From Rubrivivax sp. (GTDB lineage Bacteria; Pseudomonadota; Gammaproteobacteria; Burkholderiales; Burkholderiaceae_C): a stretch of DNA of 64,000 bases. Positions 38,203-48,777 of this stretch are shown here, in pieces (positions within the stretch are counted from its first letter, which is position 1; each line of letters starts with the position of its first letter). The notes under the pieces are model-generated. The model saw only the letters and a program-made list of their open reading frames with translations. It was not told the DNA's origin and did not search any database. Made by a program: the position numbers and the translations under genes. The stretch lies in contig DYOR01000002.1 of assembly GCA_020720385.1 (NCBI GenBank), positions 977 to 64,976 on the forward strand. The letters run 5' to 3'.

Positions 38203-39156
38203 TCAGTCCTCGAACCGCCCCAGCCGCACGGCGGTGCCGCCGGGCCCCAGGTTGTGCGTGCCCGGCATCACCAGCACCGTGCGGTCGTACGGGGTGCGCC
38301 AGACGTGATCGCCGTCCTGGGCCAGCGGCGTGCCGGCCTGCTCGACGACCATCAGGCCCGCGGTCGGCAAGAGGAAGCGGAAGTCCGCCGAGCGCGCCAC
38401 CACCGCCTCGGTCACGCGCACCAGGCGCTGCACGGGCGGCAGCGGCAGGCGCACGTTCGCCGCCACCCAGGCGGCGTCGGCCACGCCGCTCAATCCGAGG
38501 AAGCGCACCAGGGTGTCGATGGCCACCTCGGCGGCGGCATGCTCCCAGTGCTGGCCGCATTCCACCAGCAGCGCGCGCTTCGGGCTCGCCGGGTCGCCGA
38601 AGCCGCCGCGCTCGACCATGCGCAGGCCCGCCGGGTGGCCGGTGTCGATGAGCAGGTCGGCCGGCACGCCGAGCTGGCGCGCGTAGGCGGCGTTCTTGTC
38701 CACCGTGCCGCAGACCATCAACGGCCGGCAGGGCTCGCTCATGCTGTGGATGTCGAGCAGCAGGTCGGCGGCGTCGACGAAGGGGCGCAGGGCGCGGGCG
38801 CGCCGCAGCTCCACCGAATCGCGTGGGCCGAGCAACTGCTCGTCGCCCCAGACGCGGTTGAAGTCCTCGTCCACCAGGCGCGAGGCAAAGGGCTCGTCGG
38901 CGTCGAAGCGCGCATAGGCCTGCACGTTGCCGAAGGCCAGCGTGAGCCGCCCGCGCGCCGGGCGCCAGGCGCGACGCAGCAGCCAGTCCAGGGCGATGGC
39001 GCCGCAGATCTCGTTGCCGTGGGTGAGTGCCTGCACCATGACGTTCGGGCCCGGCAGCGCGGAGTCGAAGTGGTGCACCCAGTCGACACCGGTGTGGCCC
39101 TGGCGCCAGGGACCGATGTCGGGCGCGCAGAGTTCGACGGCGACGCCCTCAGGCAT
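38203..39156 (-). CDS. Succinylglutamate desuccinylase/aspartoacylase (M14-like) family protein
   Basis: 317-aa ORF. Zinc-site THGNEICG, later DIHS and ECGQH fit the AstE/AspA family. It overlaps the upstream gene by 8 nt. Confidence 0.8.
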   Translation of the reverse strand: MPEGVAVELCAPDIGPWRQGHTGVDWVHHFDSALPGPNVMVQALTHGNEICGAIALDWLLRRAWRPARGRLTLAFGNVQAYARFDADEPFASRLVDEDFNRVWGDEQLLGPRDSVELRRARALRPFVDAADLLLDIHSMSEPCRPLMVCGTVDKNAAYARQLGVPADLLIDTGHPAGLRMVERGGFGDPASPKRALLVECGQHWEHAAAEVAIDTLVRFLGLSGVADAAWVAANVRLPLPPVQRLVRVTEAVVARSADFRFLLPTAGLMVVEQAGTPLAQDGDHVWRTPYDRTVLVMPGTHNLGPGGTAVRLGRFED

Positions 39157-40006
39157 GCCGCGCCTGCGGGTTGAAAGCCGCGTCGATGGCGTCGACGAGT
39201 GCCATCAGGTGCGCCTGCAGCGCGGCGAACCCCGGCGTCTTGGCGAGCGTGGCGGTGTCCATGTACAGGCGCTTGTTGACCTCGAGCTGCAGGCTGTGGC
39301 GGCCGGCGGCCGGGTCGGCGTAGGCGCGCACCAGCTCCACCCCCTTGAACGGATCGTTGACGCGCACGTCGTAGCCCAGGTCGCGCAGGAACTCGCGCAC
39401 GAAGGCGGTGAATGCGGGCGCACAAGTGGTGCCGTCGCGGTCGCCGAGCACGATGTCGGCGCGCGGCTGGTCTTTCACGCCCTCGATGAGCACGCTGGTC
39501 TTCGGCCCCATCGAGTGGCAGTTGATGTGGTGCACGACGCCGAAACGCGCATGCGCCGCGTCGAGCAACTCGCGCAGCCGCTGGTGGTAGGGGCGGTGAT
39601 AGCGCTCGATGCGCTGGTGCACCGCCTGCGCTGTGAGCCGGCGGCCGTAGATGGGCCTGTCCTCGTCCAGCGTGCGCCACACCAGGCTCTTGCCAATGCC
39701 GCCCTTGCCACTGGGCAGGTACTCGTGCGGCCAGGGCTCGTCGAGCAGTTCGAGGTCCACGTCGCCGGCGTGCCGGTTGGCGTCCAGGTAGGTGCGCGGA
39801 AACTGCGCCGCCAGCAGTGGCACACCCCTTGCTGTGGCAGGAAGGTAGAGCTCATCGATGAAACTGTCTTCCCCTTCACGCAACTCCGCCAGCGTGCGCA
39901 CGGTCTCGAAGTCCGCTGGCATGACGGTGCCCGAATGCGGCGAGTCCAGCACGAGCGTGCGCGCCGGCGTGGCCGGGCCATGCACGATGAATACGGTGTC
40001 TTTCAT
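39149..40006 (-). CDS. N-formylglutamate amidohydrolase family protein
   Basis: The ATG at 40006 gives 285 aa. LDSPHSG, YLDANR, INCHSM and GDRDGT match the FGase family pattern. The track ORF start at 40093 looks over-extended. Confidence 0.8.
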   Translation of the reverse strand: MKDTVFIVHGPATPARTLVLDSPHSGTVMPADFETVRTLAELREGEDSFIDELYLPATARGVPLLAAQFPRTYLDANRHAGDVDLELLDEPWPHEYLPSGKGGIGKSLVWRTLDEDRPIYGRRLTAQAVHQRIERYHRPYHQRLRELLDAAHARFGVVHHINCHSMGPKTSVLIEGVKDQPRADIVLGDRDGTTCAPAFTAFVREFLRDLGYDVRVNDPFKGVELVRAYADPAAGRHSLQLEVNKRLYMDTATLAKTPGFAALQAHLMALVDAIDAAFNPQARHA

Positions 40007-40138
40007 GCGTGCCAGTATGGCAGCCTTGCGTGCGGGCTGACCCGAATGGCTGCCTGTCCCGGAACCTATAACATCACCAGGGTTTTGCGCCACGGTGGTG
40101 CGCTCGAGTCACTTGTCCTACGTTGCCAGGAGCCCCTT

Positions 40139-41929
40139 ATGCAAGAGCAAGATCTGCGTCAGTTGATCGAGGAAGTCCGTGAAGGCAAGCTGCCGCGCCG
40201 CAGCTTCATCCAGCAGATGGCTGGCCTGGGCCTGAGCGCGCCGATGGCGTCGATGATGCTCATGCACGCCGGCGTGGCGCAGGCGCAGACGGCCATGCCC
40301 TACAAGCCCACCAAGCGCGGTGGTGGTGGCGCGCTCAAGCTGATCTACTGGCAGGCCGCCGTGCACATGAACCCGCATTACGCCGGCGGCACCAAGGACC
40401 AGGACGCGAGCCGCGTCTTCTACGAACCCCTCGCCAGCTGGGACACCGAAGGCAACCTCATGCCGGTGCTCGCCGCCGAGATCCCCACGCGCGCCAACGG
40501 CGGCCTCTCGGCCGACGGCAAGAGCGTCACCTGGAAGCTCAAGAAGGGCGTTACCTGGCACGACGGCAAGCCCTTCTCGGCCGACGATGTGGTCTTCACT
40601 GCTGCCTATGCCGGCGACCCGGCCGCCGCCATGACCACCGTCAACATCTACCGCGACCTGAAGGTTGTGAAGGTCGATTCGCACACCGTGCGCCTGGAGT
40701 TCAGCAAACCCACGCCGTTCTGGGCCGAGCCGCTGGTGGGCAGCGTGGGCATGATCCTGCCCAAGCACGTGTTCGAGGCCTTCATGGGCGCGAAGTCGCG
40801 CGACAACCCGGCCAACCTCAGGGCCGTGGGCACGGGTCCGTACAAGGTGGTGGACTTCAAGCCGGGCGACATGCTGCGCGCCGAGGCCAATACCAGTTAC
40901 CACGTCGCCAACCAGCCTTTCTTCGACTCGCTGGAGATCAAGGGCGGCGGCGACGCCACCAGCGCTGCGCGCGCCGTGCTGCAAACGGCCGAGTACGACG
41001 TCGGCTGGAACCTGGCCGTGGAGGACGTGATCCTCAAGCAGCTCGAAGGCGCCGGCAAGGGCAAGATGGCCTTCCACGTGGGCAGCGACGTCGAGTTCGT
41101 GATCCTCAACCCCACCGACCCGTGGAACGAGGTCGATGGCGAGCGCGCCAGCGTCAAGAGCAAGCACCCGGCGTTCAGCGACAAGGCCGTGCGCGACGCG
41201 ATGAGCTTGCTCATCGACCGCAAGGGCATCGCCGAGGTCATCTACGGCCGCGGCGCCGTCGCCACGGCCAACTTCCTCAACAACCCGCCGCGCTTTCGCA
41301 GCTCGGCCATGAAGTTCGAATTCAACCCCGAGAAGGCCAACCAGGTGCTCGAAGCCGCCGGTTGGAAGAAGGGCGCCGACGGCATCCGCGCCAAAGGCGG
41401 CGTCAAGCTCAAGTTCGTCTACCAGACCTCGGTGAGCGGCCCGCGCCAGAAGTGCCAGGCCATCATCAAGGACGCCTGCACCAAGGCGGGCATCGACCTG
41501 GAGCTCAAGAGCATCGTGGCCTCGGTGTTCTTCGGCAGCGACTTCGCCAACCCGGACACCTACCAGAAGTTCTGGTCCGACATGGAGATGTACACCACCA
41601 CCATGACGGCGCCCGACCCGCAGACCTTCATGGAGCAGTTCACCACCTGGGAACTCTCGCAGAAGGCCAACAAGTGGGCCAGCCGCAACCTCTCGCGCTG
41701 GACGCACCCCGAGTACGATGCTGCGCACAAGGCCGCGCAGTCCGAGCTCGACCCGGTCAAGCGCGCGGCGCTGTTCATCAAGATGAATGACCTCTTGGTG
41801 GGCGGCGGCCACATCGTGCCGCTGTTCGCGCGGCCGCGCCCGGTGGGCACGGTGAACAAGCTCGCGGCCCCGATCTCGGCCTGGGACAACCTGACCGCGT
41901 TCATGAACTCCTGGTACCGAGAAAGCTGA
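40139..41929 (+). CDS. ABC transporter substrate-binding protein, peptide/nickel (family 5), with Tat-type signal
   Basis: The ATG at 40139 gives 596 aa. It has a twin-arginine signal (LPRRSFIQQMAGLGLSAP...AQAQ). VTWKLKKGVTWHDGKPFSADDVVF is the family-5 SBP signature region. Confidence 0.9.
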   Translation: MQEQDLRQLIEEVREGKLPRRSFIQQMAGLGLSAPMASMMLMHAGVAQAQTAMPYKPTKRGGGGALKLIYWQAAVHMNPHYAGGTKDQDASRVFYEPLASWDTEGNLMPVLAAEIPTRANGGLSADGKSVTWKLKKGVTWHDGKPFSADDVVFTAAYAGDPAAAMTTVNIYRDLKVVKVDSHTVRLEFSKPTPFWAEPLVGSVGMILPKHVFEAFMGAKSRDNPANLRAVGTGPYKVVDFKPGDMLRAEANTSYHVANQPFFDSLEIKGGGDATSAARAVLQTAEYDVGWNLAVEDVILKQLEGAGKGKMAFHVGSDVEFVILNPTDPWNEVDGERASVKSKHPAFSDKAVRDAMSLLIDRKGIAEVIYGRGAVATANFLNNPPRFRSSAMKFEFNPEKANQVLEAAGWKKGADGIRAKGGVKLKFVYQTSVSGPRQKCQAIIKDACTKAGIDLELKSIVASVFFGSDFANPDTYQKFWSDMEMYTTTMTAPDPQTFMEQFTTWELSQKANKWASRNLSRWTHPEYDAAHKAAQSELDPVKRAALFIKMNDLLVGGGHIVPLFARPRPVGTVNKLAAPISAWDNLTAFMNSWYRES

Positions 41930-42010
41930 CCCACCCCCGAAGCGCCTGCGGCGCTCCCCCTCGAGGGGGCGCCGCTGGCAGCCCGGCGAAGCCGGTTCCG
42001 CGGCGGCCGC
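41927..42010 (+). repeat. Intergenic palindromic repeat, family B, copy 1
   Basis: Sequence: TGACCCACCCCCGAAGCGCCTGCGGCGCTCCCCCTCGAGGGGGCGCCGCTGGCAGCCCGGCGAAGCCGGTTCCGCGGCGGCCGC. It is near-identical to 56346..56429. It contains perfect palindromes AGCGCC-TGC-GGCGCT and CCCCC-TCGA-GGGGG. Its first TGA is the stop codon of the SBP gene. Confidence 0.85.
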
Positions 42011-42062
42011 CGGGTAGGTCGCCACCCGTCCCCCTGCTGCGCTCCTTGCGGCGCCCGTTCCC

Positions 42063-43022
42063 TTGTTCAACTACATCCTGCGCCGACTGCTGATCGCGCT
42101 GCCCAGCCTGCTGGGCATCAGCATCGTGCTGTTCACCGTGCTGGCACTGGCGCCTGGCGACCCGTTCGAGGAACTGGCCACCAACCCCAACGTGCCGGCC
42201 GAAGTGCGCATGATGCTGCGCAAGCAGTTCGGGCTGGACGACCCGGTGTGGCAGCGCTACCTGCACTGGTTCACGAGCATGATGAGGGGCGACTGGGGCT
42301 TTAGTTTCCAGAGCCGCATCAACGTGGACCAGCTCATCCTGCAGCGCCTGCCCACCACCATCGTGGTCATCGGCTTGTCGCAGGTGCTGGCCATCCTGGT
42401 GGCGTTGCCGGTGGGTGTGCTGGCTGCCGTGAAGCCCTACTCGTGGTTCGACCGCATCGCCAGCACCATCGCCTTCGTGGGCTTCTCGCTGCCGACCTTC
42501 TTCACCGGCGTGGTCTTCATCCTCGTCTTCAGCATCTACCTGGGCTGGCTGCCATTCGTGTACCGCAGCGACATCGCGGCCACGGGCTTGCAGTTCTTCT
42601 GGGAGCACTTCAAGCAGAGCATCATGCCGATCACGGTGCTGGGGCTGTTCCAGGCCGCCAGCATGATGCGCTACGTGCGCAGTGCGGTGCTCGACGTGAT
42701 CCGCCTCGACTACGTGACCACCGCGCGCAGCAAGGGCTTGTCGGAACGCGTGGTCATCACCAAGCACGTGGTGCGCAACGCCATGATCCCGGTGGTGACG
42801 CTGGTGGCGCTGCAGATGCCGGCGGTGTTCGGCGGGGCCATCGTCACCGAGCAGATCTTCCGCATCCCGGGCATCGGTTCGCTGCTCATCGACGCCATCC
42901 TGCGCAACGACACGCCGGTGATCATGGCGGTGACCTTCGTCTTCAGCTGCCTCGTGATCCTCTTCAACCTGATCGCCGACGTGCTCTATGGCTGGCTCGA
43001 CCCCCGCATCAGCTTCCGCTAG
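42063..43022 (+). CDS. ABC transporter permease (DppB/OppB-like)
   Basis: 319-aa ORF with a TTG start, reading (M)FNYILRRLLIALPSLLGISIVLF, typical of the family. It has an EAA-like loop (YVTTARSKGLSERVVITKHVVRNA). Confidence 0.9.
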   Translation: MFNYILRRLLIALPSLLGISIVLFTVLALAPGDPFEELATNPNVPAEVRMMLRKQFGLDDPVWQRYLHWFTSMMRGDWGFSFQSRINVDQLILQRLPTTIVVIGLSQVLAILVALPVGVLAAVKPYSWFDRIASTIAFVGFSLPTFFTGVVFILVFSIYLGWLPFVYRSDIAATGLQFFWEHFKQSIMPITVLGLFQAASMMRYVRSAVLDVIRLDYVTTARSKGLSERVVITKHVVRNAMIPVVTLVALQMPAVFGGAIVTEQIFRIPGIGSLLIDAILRNDTPVIMAVTFVFSCLVILFNLIADVLYGWLDPRISFR

Positions 43023-43026
43023 CGCA

Positions 43027-43926
43027 GTGCCGGCGCCGCGCAAGCCGCTCGGCGTCTCGCCCTGGCAGGAAGCCTGGCGGCGCTTCAAGCGCCACCGGCT
43101 CGCCTTCTGGAGCCTGTGGGTGCTGGGCCTGCTGGTGCTGGCGGTGCTCGTCGGCCCGCTGCTCTACAAGGTGGGCGTCAACGACATCGATTTCCAGTCC
43201 CGGCTCGCCGGGCCCAGCCGGGCGCACCTGATGGGCACCGACGACCTCGGCCGCGACATGCTGGCGCGCATGCTCTACGGGGGCCGCATCAGCCTGGCGG
43301 TGGGGCTGGCGGCGATGCTCATGGCCATCACCGTGGGCGTGATCGTGGGCGCCATCGCCGGCACGGCGCGCGGCTGGGTCGATGCGGCGCTGATGTGGGT
43401 CACCGACCTCTTCCTCAGCCTGCCGCAGCTGCCGCTGCTGCTGCTGCTGATCTTTCTCTTCCGTGAGCCGCTGAAGCAGGCTTTCGGGCTGGAGGCCGGC
43501 ATCTTCATCCTCATCGTGGCGGTGATCGGCGGATTCCGTTGGATGCCGGTGGCGCGCCTGGTGCGCGCGCAGTTCTTCAGCCTGCGCGAGAAGGAGTTCG
43601 TCGAGGCCGCGCGCGCGCTGGGCGCCAGCACGGCACGCCAGGTGGTGCGCCACATCCTGCCCAACAGCCTGGGGCCGGTGATCGTGGCCGCCACCATCGA
43701 CGTGGCCGCGGCGATCATCGCCGAGAGCACGCTCTCCTTCCTCGGCCTGGGCTTCCCGCCCGACATCCCCACCTGGGGCCGCATCCTCTACGACGGCCGC
43801 GACTACATGGACCTGGCCGTGCACTGGGCGCTCTTCCCCGGGATGGCGATCTTCGTCACCGTGCTCTCGATCAACTTCATCGGCGACGGCCTGCGCGACG
43901 CGCTCGACCCGAGGCGGGTGCTATGA
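43027..43926 (+). CDS. ABC transporter permease (DppC/OppC-like)
   Basis: The GTG at 43027 lies just after the previous stop; an ATG at 42988 is an alternative with a 35-nt overlap. ...[24 protein letters not shown]... and [12 protein letters not shown] are family motifs. Confidence 0.85.
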   Translation: MPAPRKPLGVSPWQEAWRRFKRHRLAFWSLWVLGLLVLAVLVGPLLYKVGVNDIDFQSRLAGPSRAHLMGTDDLGRDMLARMLYGGRISLAVGLAAMLMAITVGVIVGAIAGTARGWVDAALMWVTDLFLSLPQLPLLLLLIFLFREPLKQAFGLEAGIFILIVAVIGGFRWMPVARLVRAQFFSLREKEFVEAARALGASTARQVVRHILPNSLGPVIVAATIDVAAAIIAESTLSFLGLGFPPDIPTWGRILYDGRDYMDLAVHWALFPGMAIFVTVLSINFIGDGLRDALDPRRVL

Positions 43927-44002
43927 GCCCCCTAAGCTCACTTCGTTCGCGGCCCCCCAAGGGGGCGTGTCAGGCCCTTCGGGCGGCCGGGCGGGCCTGA
44001 CG
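43924..44002 (+). repeat. Intergenic palindromic repeat, family A, copy 2
   Basis: Sequence: TGAGCCCCCTAAGCTCACTTCGTTCGCGGCCCCCCAAGGGGGCGTGTCAGGCCCTTCGGGCGGCCGGGCGGGCCTGACG. It has a CCCCC-AA-GGGGG hairpin and a 9-bp stem GTCAGGCCC/GGGCCTGAC. It spans exactly from the permease stop codon to the base before the ATG at 44003. Confidence 0.8.
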
Positions 44003-44979
<977 letters not shown>

Positions 44980-44983
<4 letters not shown>

Positions 44984-45954
44984 ACGCCCCGCTGCTCAAG
45001 GTCCAGGACCTGGTCAAGCACTTTCCCATCAAGGGCGGGCTGCTCGGCCGCGTGGTCGACCGCGTGCATGCCGTGGAAGGCGTGAGCTTCGATCTCGCCG
45101 CCGGCGAGACGCTGGGCCTGGTGGGTGAGTCCGGCTGCGGCAAGAGCACCACCGGGCGCTGCATCCTGCGCCTCATCGAGCCCACCGCGGGCCAGGTGTG
45201 GTTCGAGGGCAAGGACGTCACCGCAGCGGGCAAGGGCGAGCTGCGCGCGCTGGCGCGCGACATGCAGATCATCTTCCAGGATCCCTACGCCAGCCTCAAC
45301 CCGCGCATGACGGTGGGGGCCATCGTCGGCGAGGCGCTGACCATCCACAAGCTCACGAAGACGGCACGCGAATACGAAGACCGCATCGTGCAGCTGCTCG
45401 AGACCGTGGGCCTGGCCGCCGACCACATGCGGCGCTATCCGCACGAGTTCTCCGGCGGCCAGCGCCAGCGCATCGGCATCGCGCGCGCGCTGGCCGTGTC
45501 ACCCAAGCTCGTGGTCTGCGACGAAGCGGTGTCGGCACTCGACGTGTCGATCCAGGCCCAGGTGATCAACCTGCTGGAAGACCTGCGCGAGCAGTTCAAG
45601 CTGACCTACATCTTCATCGCCCACGACTTGAGCGTGGTCGAGCACATCAGCCACCGCGTGGCGGTGATGTACCTCGGGCGCATCGTCGAGATCGCCTCCA
45701 GCAAGGCCTTGTACACCGACCCGCGCCACCCCTACACCGAGGCGCTGCTCTCGGCCGTGCCCATCCCCGACCCGGGCATCACGCGCAAGCGCATCCCCCT
45801 GCAGGGCGACGTGCCCAGCCCCATCCGGCCGCCGCCGGGCTGCCATTTCCACACCCGCTGCCCGATCGCGCAAAAGGGCCTGTGCGACACGGTCTCGCCG
45901 CCGCTGAAGACGGTGGGCGCAGGGCACCAGGTGGCCTGCCACCTGCGCAGCTGA
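44980..45954 (+). CDS. ABC transporter ATP-binding protein (DppF/OppF-like)
   Basis: It overlaps the previous stop (ATGA). It has Walker [10 protein letters not shown], signature FSGGQRQR, Walker [13 protein letters not shown], and HPYTEALL...GCHFHTRC. Confidence 0.9.
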
Positions 45955-45961
45955 AGCTCCT

Positions 45962-46693
45962 TCAGCCGCTGCCCACGGCGCGCTGCGCCTGCAGCAGCTC
46001 GTGCACGTCGTGCGTCATCACCGCGAGGAAACCGGCCAGGCCGAGGTAGATGAGCGCGTACTGCCACTTCACCGCCGCAGGCACCGCGTAGTAGCTGCGC
46101 GCTTCGGCGCTGTCGGCGCGGTAGCGGATCGCCTTCCAGGCCTGCGGCGCGGCCAGCAACGCCATGAGCACGAGCAGCGGGCTGGGCCGCCACAGGAACA
46201 GCGCCACGAGGATGGGCACGCCGAGCAGCCAGATGCGTGGCGAGAGCACGGCGGTGATGCGCCCGCCGTCGAAGGGCGAGATGGGGATGAGGTTGAAGAG
46301 GTTGAGGAAGAAGCCCGCATAGGCCACCGCCAGCAGCCATGCCGTGCCCGACTCGCGCGCCAGGAAGTAGCACACCAGTGCGCCCACGCTGCCCAGCAGC
46401 GGCCCGCCCAGGCCGACGTAGGCCTCGGTCTGCGCATCGTGGGGCAGTTCCTTGAGCTCGATCCAGGCGCCGACGAAGGGGATGAAGGTGGGAGCGCCCA
46501 CCGCCAAGCCGCGCTGCCGTGCGGCGATGTAGTGGCCCATCTCGTGCACGAAGAGCAAGGCGATGAAGCCGGCGGCGTACTTCCAGCCGAAGACGAAGGC
46601 GTACACCACCAGCGAGACGAGCATGGTGCCGCCCGTGGTGGCGATCTTGCCGAGCTTGGCGCCCGAGAGCAGCAGCATGAGGAGCTTGATCAC
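45962..46693 (-). CDS. Site-2 protease (M50) family membrane metalloprotease
   Basis: 243-aa ORF with HEMGH zinc motif and a later NLIPISPFDGGR motif, and multiple TM helices. Confidence 0.8.
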   Translation of the reverse strand: MIKLLMLLLSGAKLGKIATTGGTMLVSLVVYAFVFGWKYAAGFIALLFVHEMGHYIAARQRGLAVGAPTFIPFVGAWIELKELPHDAQTEAYVGLGGPLLGSVGALVCYFLARESGTAWLLAVAYAGFFLNLFNLIPISPFDGGRITAVLSPRIWLLGVPILVALFLWRPSPLLVLMALLAAPQAWKAIRYRADSAEARSYYAVPAAVKWQYALIYLGLAGFLAVMTHDVHELLQAQRAVGSG

Positions 46694-46750
46694 CGCGGCA
46701 TTCTCGTGCAGCGGCGCCCGCCGCGGGCGCGCACGGTCAACGCCGCTGTC

Positions 46751-46954
46751 TCAGCCGCGCCCTCCGAGCAGCCGCGCCGGCAGCATGAACAAGGCGCGCA
46801 GCAGCGAGAACAAGGCCTCGATGACGAGCCCCACGAGGCGCAGCGGCAGCGACAGCAGCCACACCAGCGGCGCCAGCACCAGGGCGAGCAAGGCGATGGG
46901 CCAGCTGAGCACGAAGAGCAGGCACCAGCCGACGAAGAGCAGCAGCGCCTTCAC
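46751..46954 (-). CDS. Hypothetical small membrane protein (67 aa)
   Basis: The GTG at 46954 overlaps the stop of the preceding small ORF (GTGA). The product (M)KALLLFVGWCLLFVLSWPIALLALVLAPLVWLLSLPLRLVGLVIEALF... is almost entirely hydrophobic, about 2 TM helices. Confidence 0.45.
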   Translation of the reverse strand: MKALLLFVGWCLLFVLSWPIALLALVLAPLVWLLSLPLRLVGLVIEALFSLLRALFMLPARLLGGRG

Positions 46955-47094
46955 GCGTGCGCTGCCGTCTGTTGCGCCATCTGCGCCGGCGGCTCGGCCG
47001 GCTGCGCGAGGTAGTCCAGGCCTCCGAGCAGCGCCAGCGTGAGCATGGCGGCCAGGCCGAGGGAGAGGCTGCGTTGGATCAGGCTGGGTGACAT
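46951..47094 (-). CDS. Hypothetical small membrane protein (47 aa)
   Basis: The ATG at 47094 is preceded by a strong AGGAGG 5 nt upstream. The product MSPSLIQRSLSLGLAAMLTLALLGGLDYLAQPAEPPAQMAQQTAAHA has one TM helix. Confidence 0.5.
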   Translation of the reverse strand: MSPSLIQRSLSLGLAAMLTLALLGGLDYLAQPAEPPAQMAQQTAAHA

Positions 47095-47214
47095 GGCGAC
47101 CTCCTGGGTCGGGGGGTGAATCGATGGTGCGACTGTCGTCATCCGCCCCGCGTGCGGCCAGCGCGATGCGACGGAGCGCACTGCCGCGGCACTGAACCGC
47201 GTGCCGGCGCGATC

Positions 47215-47276
<62 letters not shown>

Positions 47277-48761
47277 TCAGCGGCCCGCCTGGCCGAGCAG
47301 GCGGCGCAGCAGGGCGGCGTCGAGGTGTTCGTCGACGATGTCGGCGAGCAGCTCGAAGCTCGCATCGAGCGTCGGCACGCGGGCGCCGAATAAGGCCTGC
47401 AGCACCGCGGAGGACTCGAACAGCCCGTGGGCGTAGCAGCCCAGCACCGAGCCGGCCTGCCAGCCGATGGCCTGGCCCGCGGTGTCGTGCAGCACGGCGC
47501 AGGGCAGGTCGGCCTGCGTCTGCCCGCAGCGGATCTCGTAGCCCGTGGCGTGCACGCCCTGCAGGCCGGCCCAGGGTGCGGTGGGGGCAGCGAAACGCAC
47601 CTCGGCCGCGCGCAGGCGCTTGGCCGCAGCGAAGTGCGTGGCCAGCGGCAGCAGGCCCAGGCCGGGCAGGCCCTGCACCGGCTCGCCATCGAAGCCCTGC
47701 GGGTCGTGCAGCGTGCGGCCGAGCATCTGCAGGCCGCCGCACACGCCGAGCACCGGCCGGCCGGCCGCGGCATGCCGCTGGATGGCCGCGTCCAGGCCCT
47801 GCTCGCGCAGCCAGGCGAGGTCGCCGCCGACCTGCTTGCTGCCCGGCAGCACGATCCAGTCCGCACCCTCCAGCTGCGCCACGCCGCGCACCCAGTGCAG
47901 GCGCACGCCGGGCACGCGGGCCAAGGGCAGGAACTCGTCGAGGTTGCTCAGGTGGGGCGGCGCCACTACCGCCACGCGCAGGCGCGCCGGTCCGCTGCCG
48001 CGTGCACCGTCGTCGAACAGGCCGTCCTCCTCGGGCAGGCCGTGGTCGCGGCGCAGCGGGACGACGCCGGCCAGCGGCACGCCGGTGAGTTGCTGCAATT
48101 GCTGCGGGCCGGGAGCGAGCAGGGCCGCGTCGCCGCGGAAGCGGTTGAGGACGAAGCCCGCCAGCAGGCCGCGCAAGTCCTCGGGCAGCAGGGCCCAGGT
48201 GCCGTAGCAGTGGGCGAAGGAGCCGCCGCGGTCGATGTCGCTCACCAGCAGCGCCGCGGTCGCGCCGGCCGCCTGCGCCCAGCGCGCGCTGCCCAGGTTG
48301 ACGTAGTCCTGCGCCGCGAGGTTGATCTCGGCGGGCGAACCCGCGCCCTCGATGACGATGAGCTCGTGGCGCGTCGCCAGCCGAGCGAAGGCCTCGTGCG
48401 CGGCCGGCGCGAGCCGCGCGCTGCGCTCGCGCCAGGGCCGGCGCGAGAGCGCGGCATCGACGCGGCCGTGCAGCACTACCTGGCTGGCGCTGTCGCGCTC
48501 GGGTTTGAGCAGCACCGGGTTCATGTCGGTGCCGGGCGGCACGCGCGCGGCCAGGGCCTGGAAGTACTGCGCCGAGCCGATCTCGCCCAGGCCGCCGTCG
48601 TGGCGCGGCACCACGCGGGCGTTGTTGCTCATGTTCTGCGCCTTGAAGGGCACCACGTCGATGCCGCGGCGCGCCGCGCTGCGGCACAGCGCCGTTGCCA
48701 GCCAGCTCTTGCCGGCGCCGCTGCTGGTGCCCCAGACGACGAGGCTGCGCGTGCCGCTCAT
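47277..48761 (-). CDS. cobQ: Cobyric acid synthase
   Basis: The ATG at 48761 gives 494 aa. The N-terminal is a CobB/CobQ ATPase-like domain (LVVWGTSSGAGKSWLATALCR, IEGAGSPAEINL). The C-terminal is a glutamine amidotransferase domain (LGVCGGLQMLG, GYEIRCG, YAHGLF). Confidence 0.9.
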   Translation of the reverse strand: MSGTRSLVVWGTSSGAGKSWLATALCRSAARRGIDVVPFKAQNMSNNARVVPRHDGGLGEIGSAQYFQALAARVPPGTDMNPVLLKPERDSASQVVLHGRVDAALSRRPWRERSARLAPAAHEAFARLATRHELIVIEGAGSPAEINLAAQDYVNLGSARWAQAAGATAALLVSDIDRGGSFAHCYGTWALLPEDLRGLLAGFVLNRFRGDAALLAPGPQQLQQLTGVPLAGVVPLRRDHGLPEEDGLFDDGARGSGPARLRVAVVAPPHLSNLDEFLPLARVPGVRLHWVRGVAQLEGADWIVLPGSKQVGGDLAWLREQGLDAAIQRHAAAGRPVLGVCGGLQMLGRTLHDPQGFDGEPVQGLPGLGLLPLATHFAAAKRLRAAEVRFAAPTAPWAGLQGVHATGYEIRCGQTQADLPCAVLHDTAGQAIGWQAGSVLGCYAHGLFESSAVLQALFGARVPTLDASFELLADIVDEHLDAALLRRLLGQAGR

Positions 48762-48777
48762 GCGCCGGCGCGCCGTC

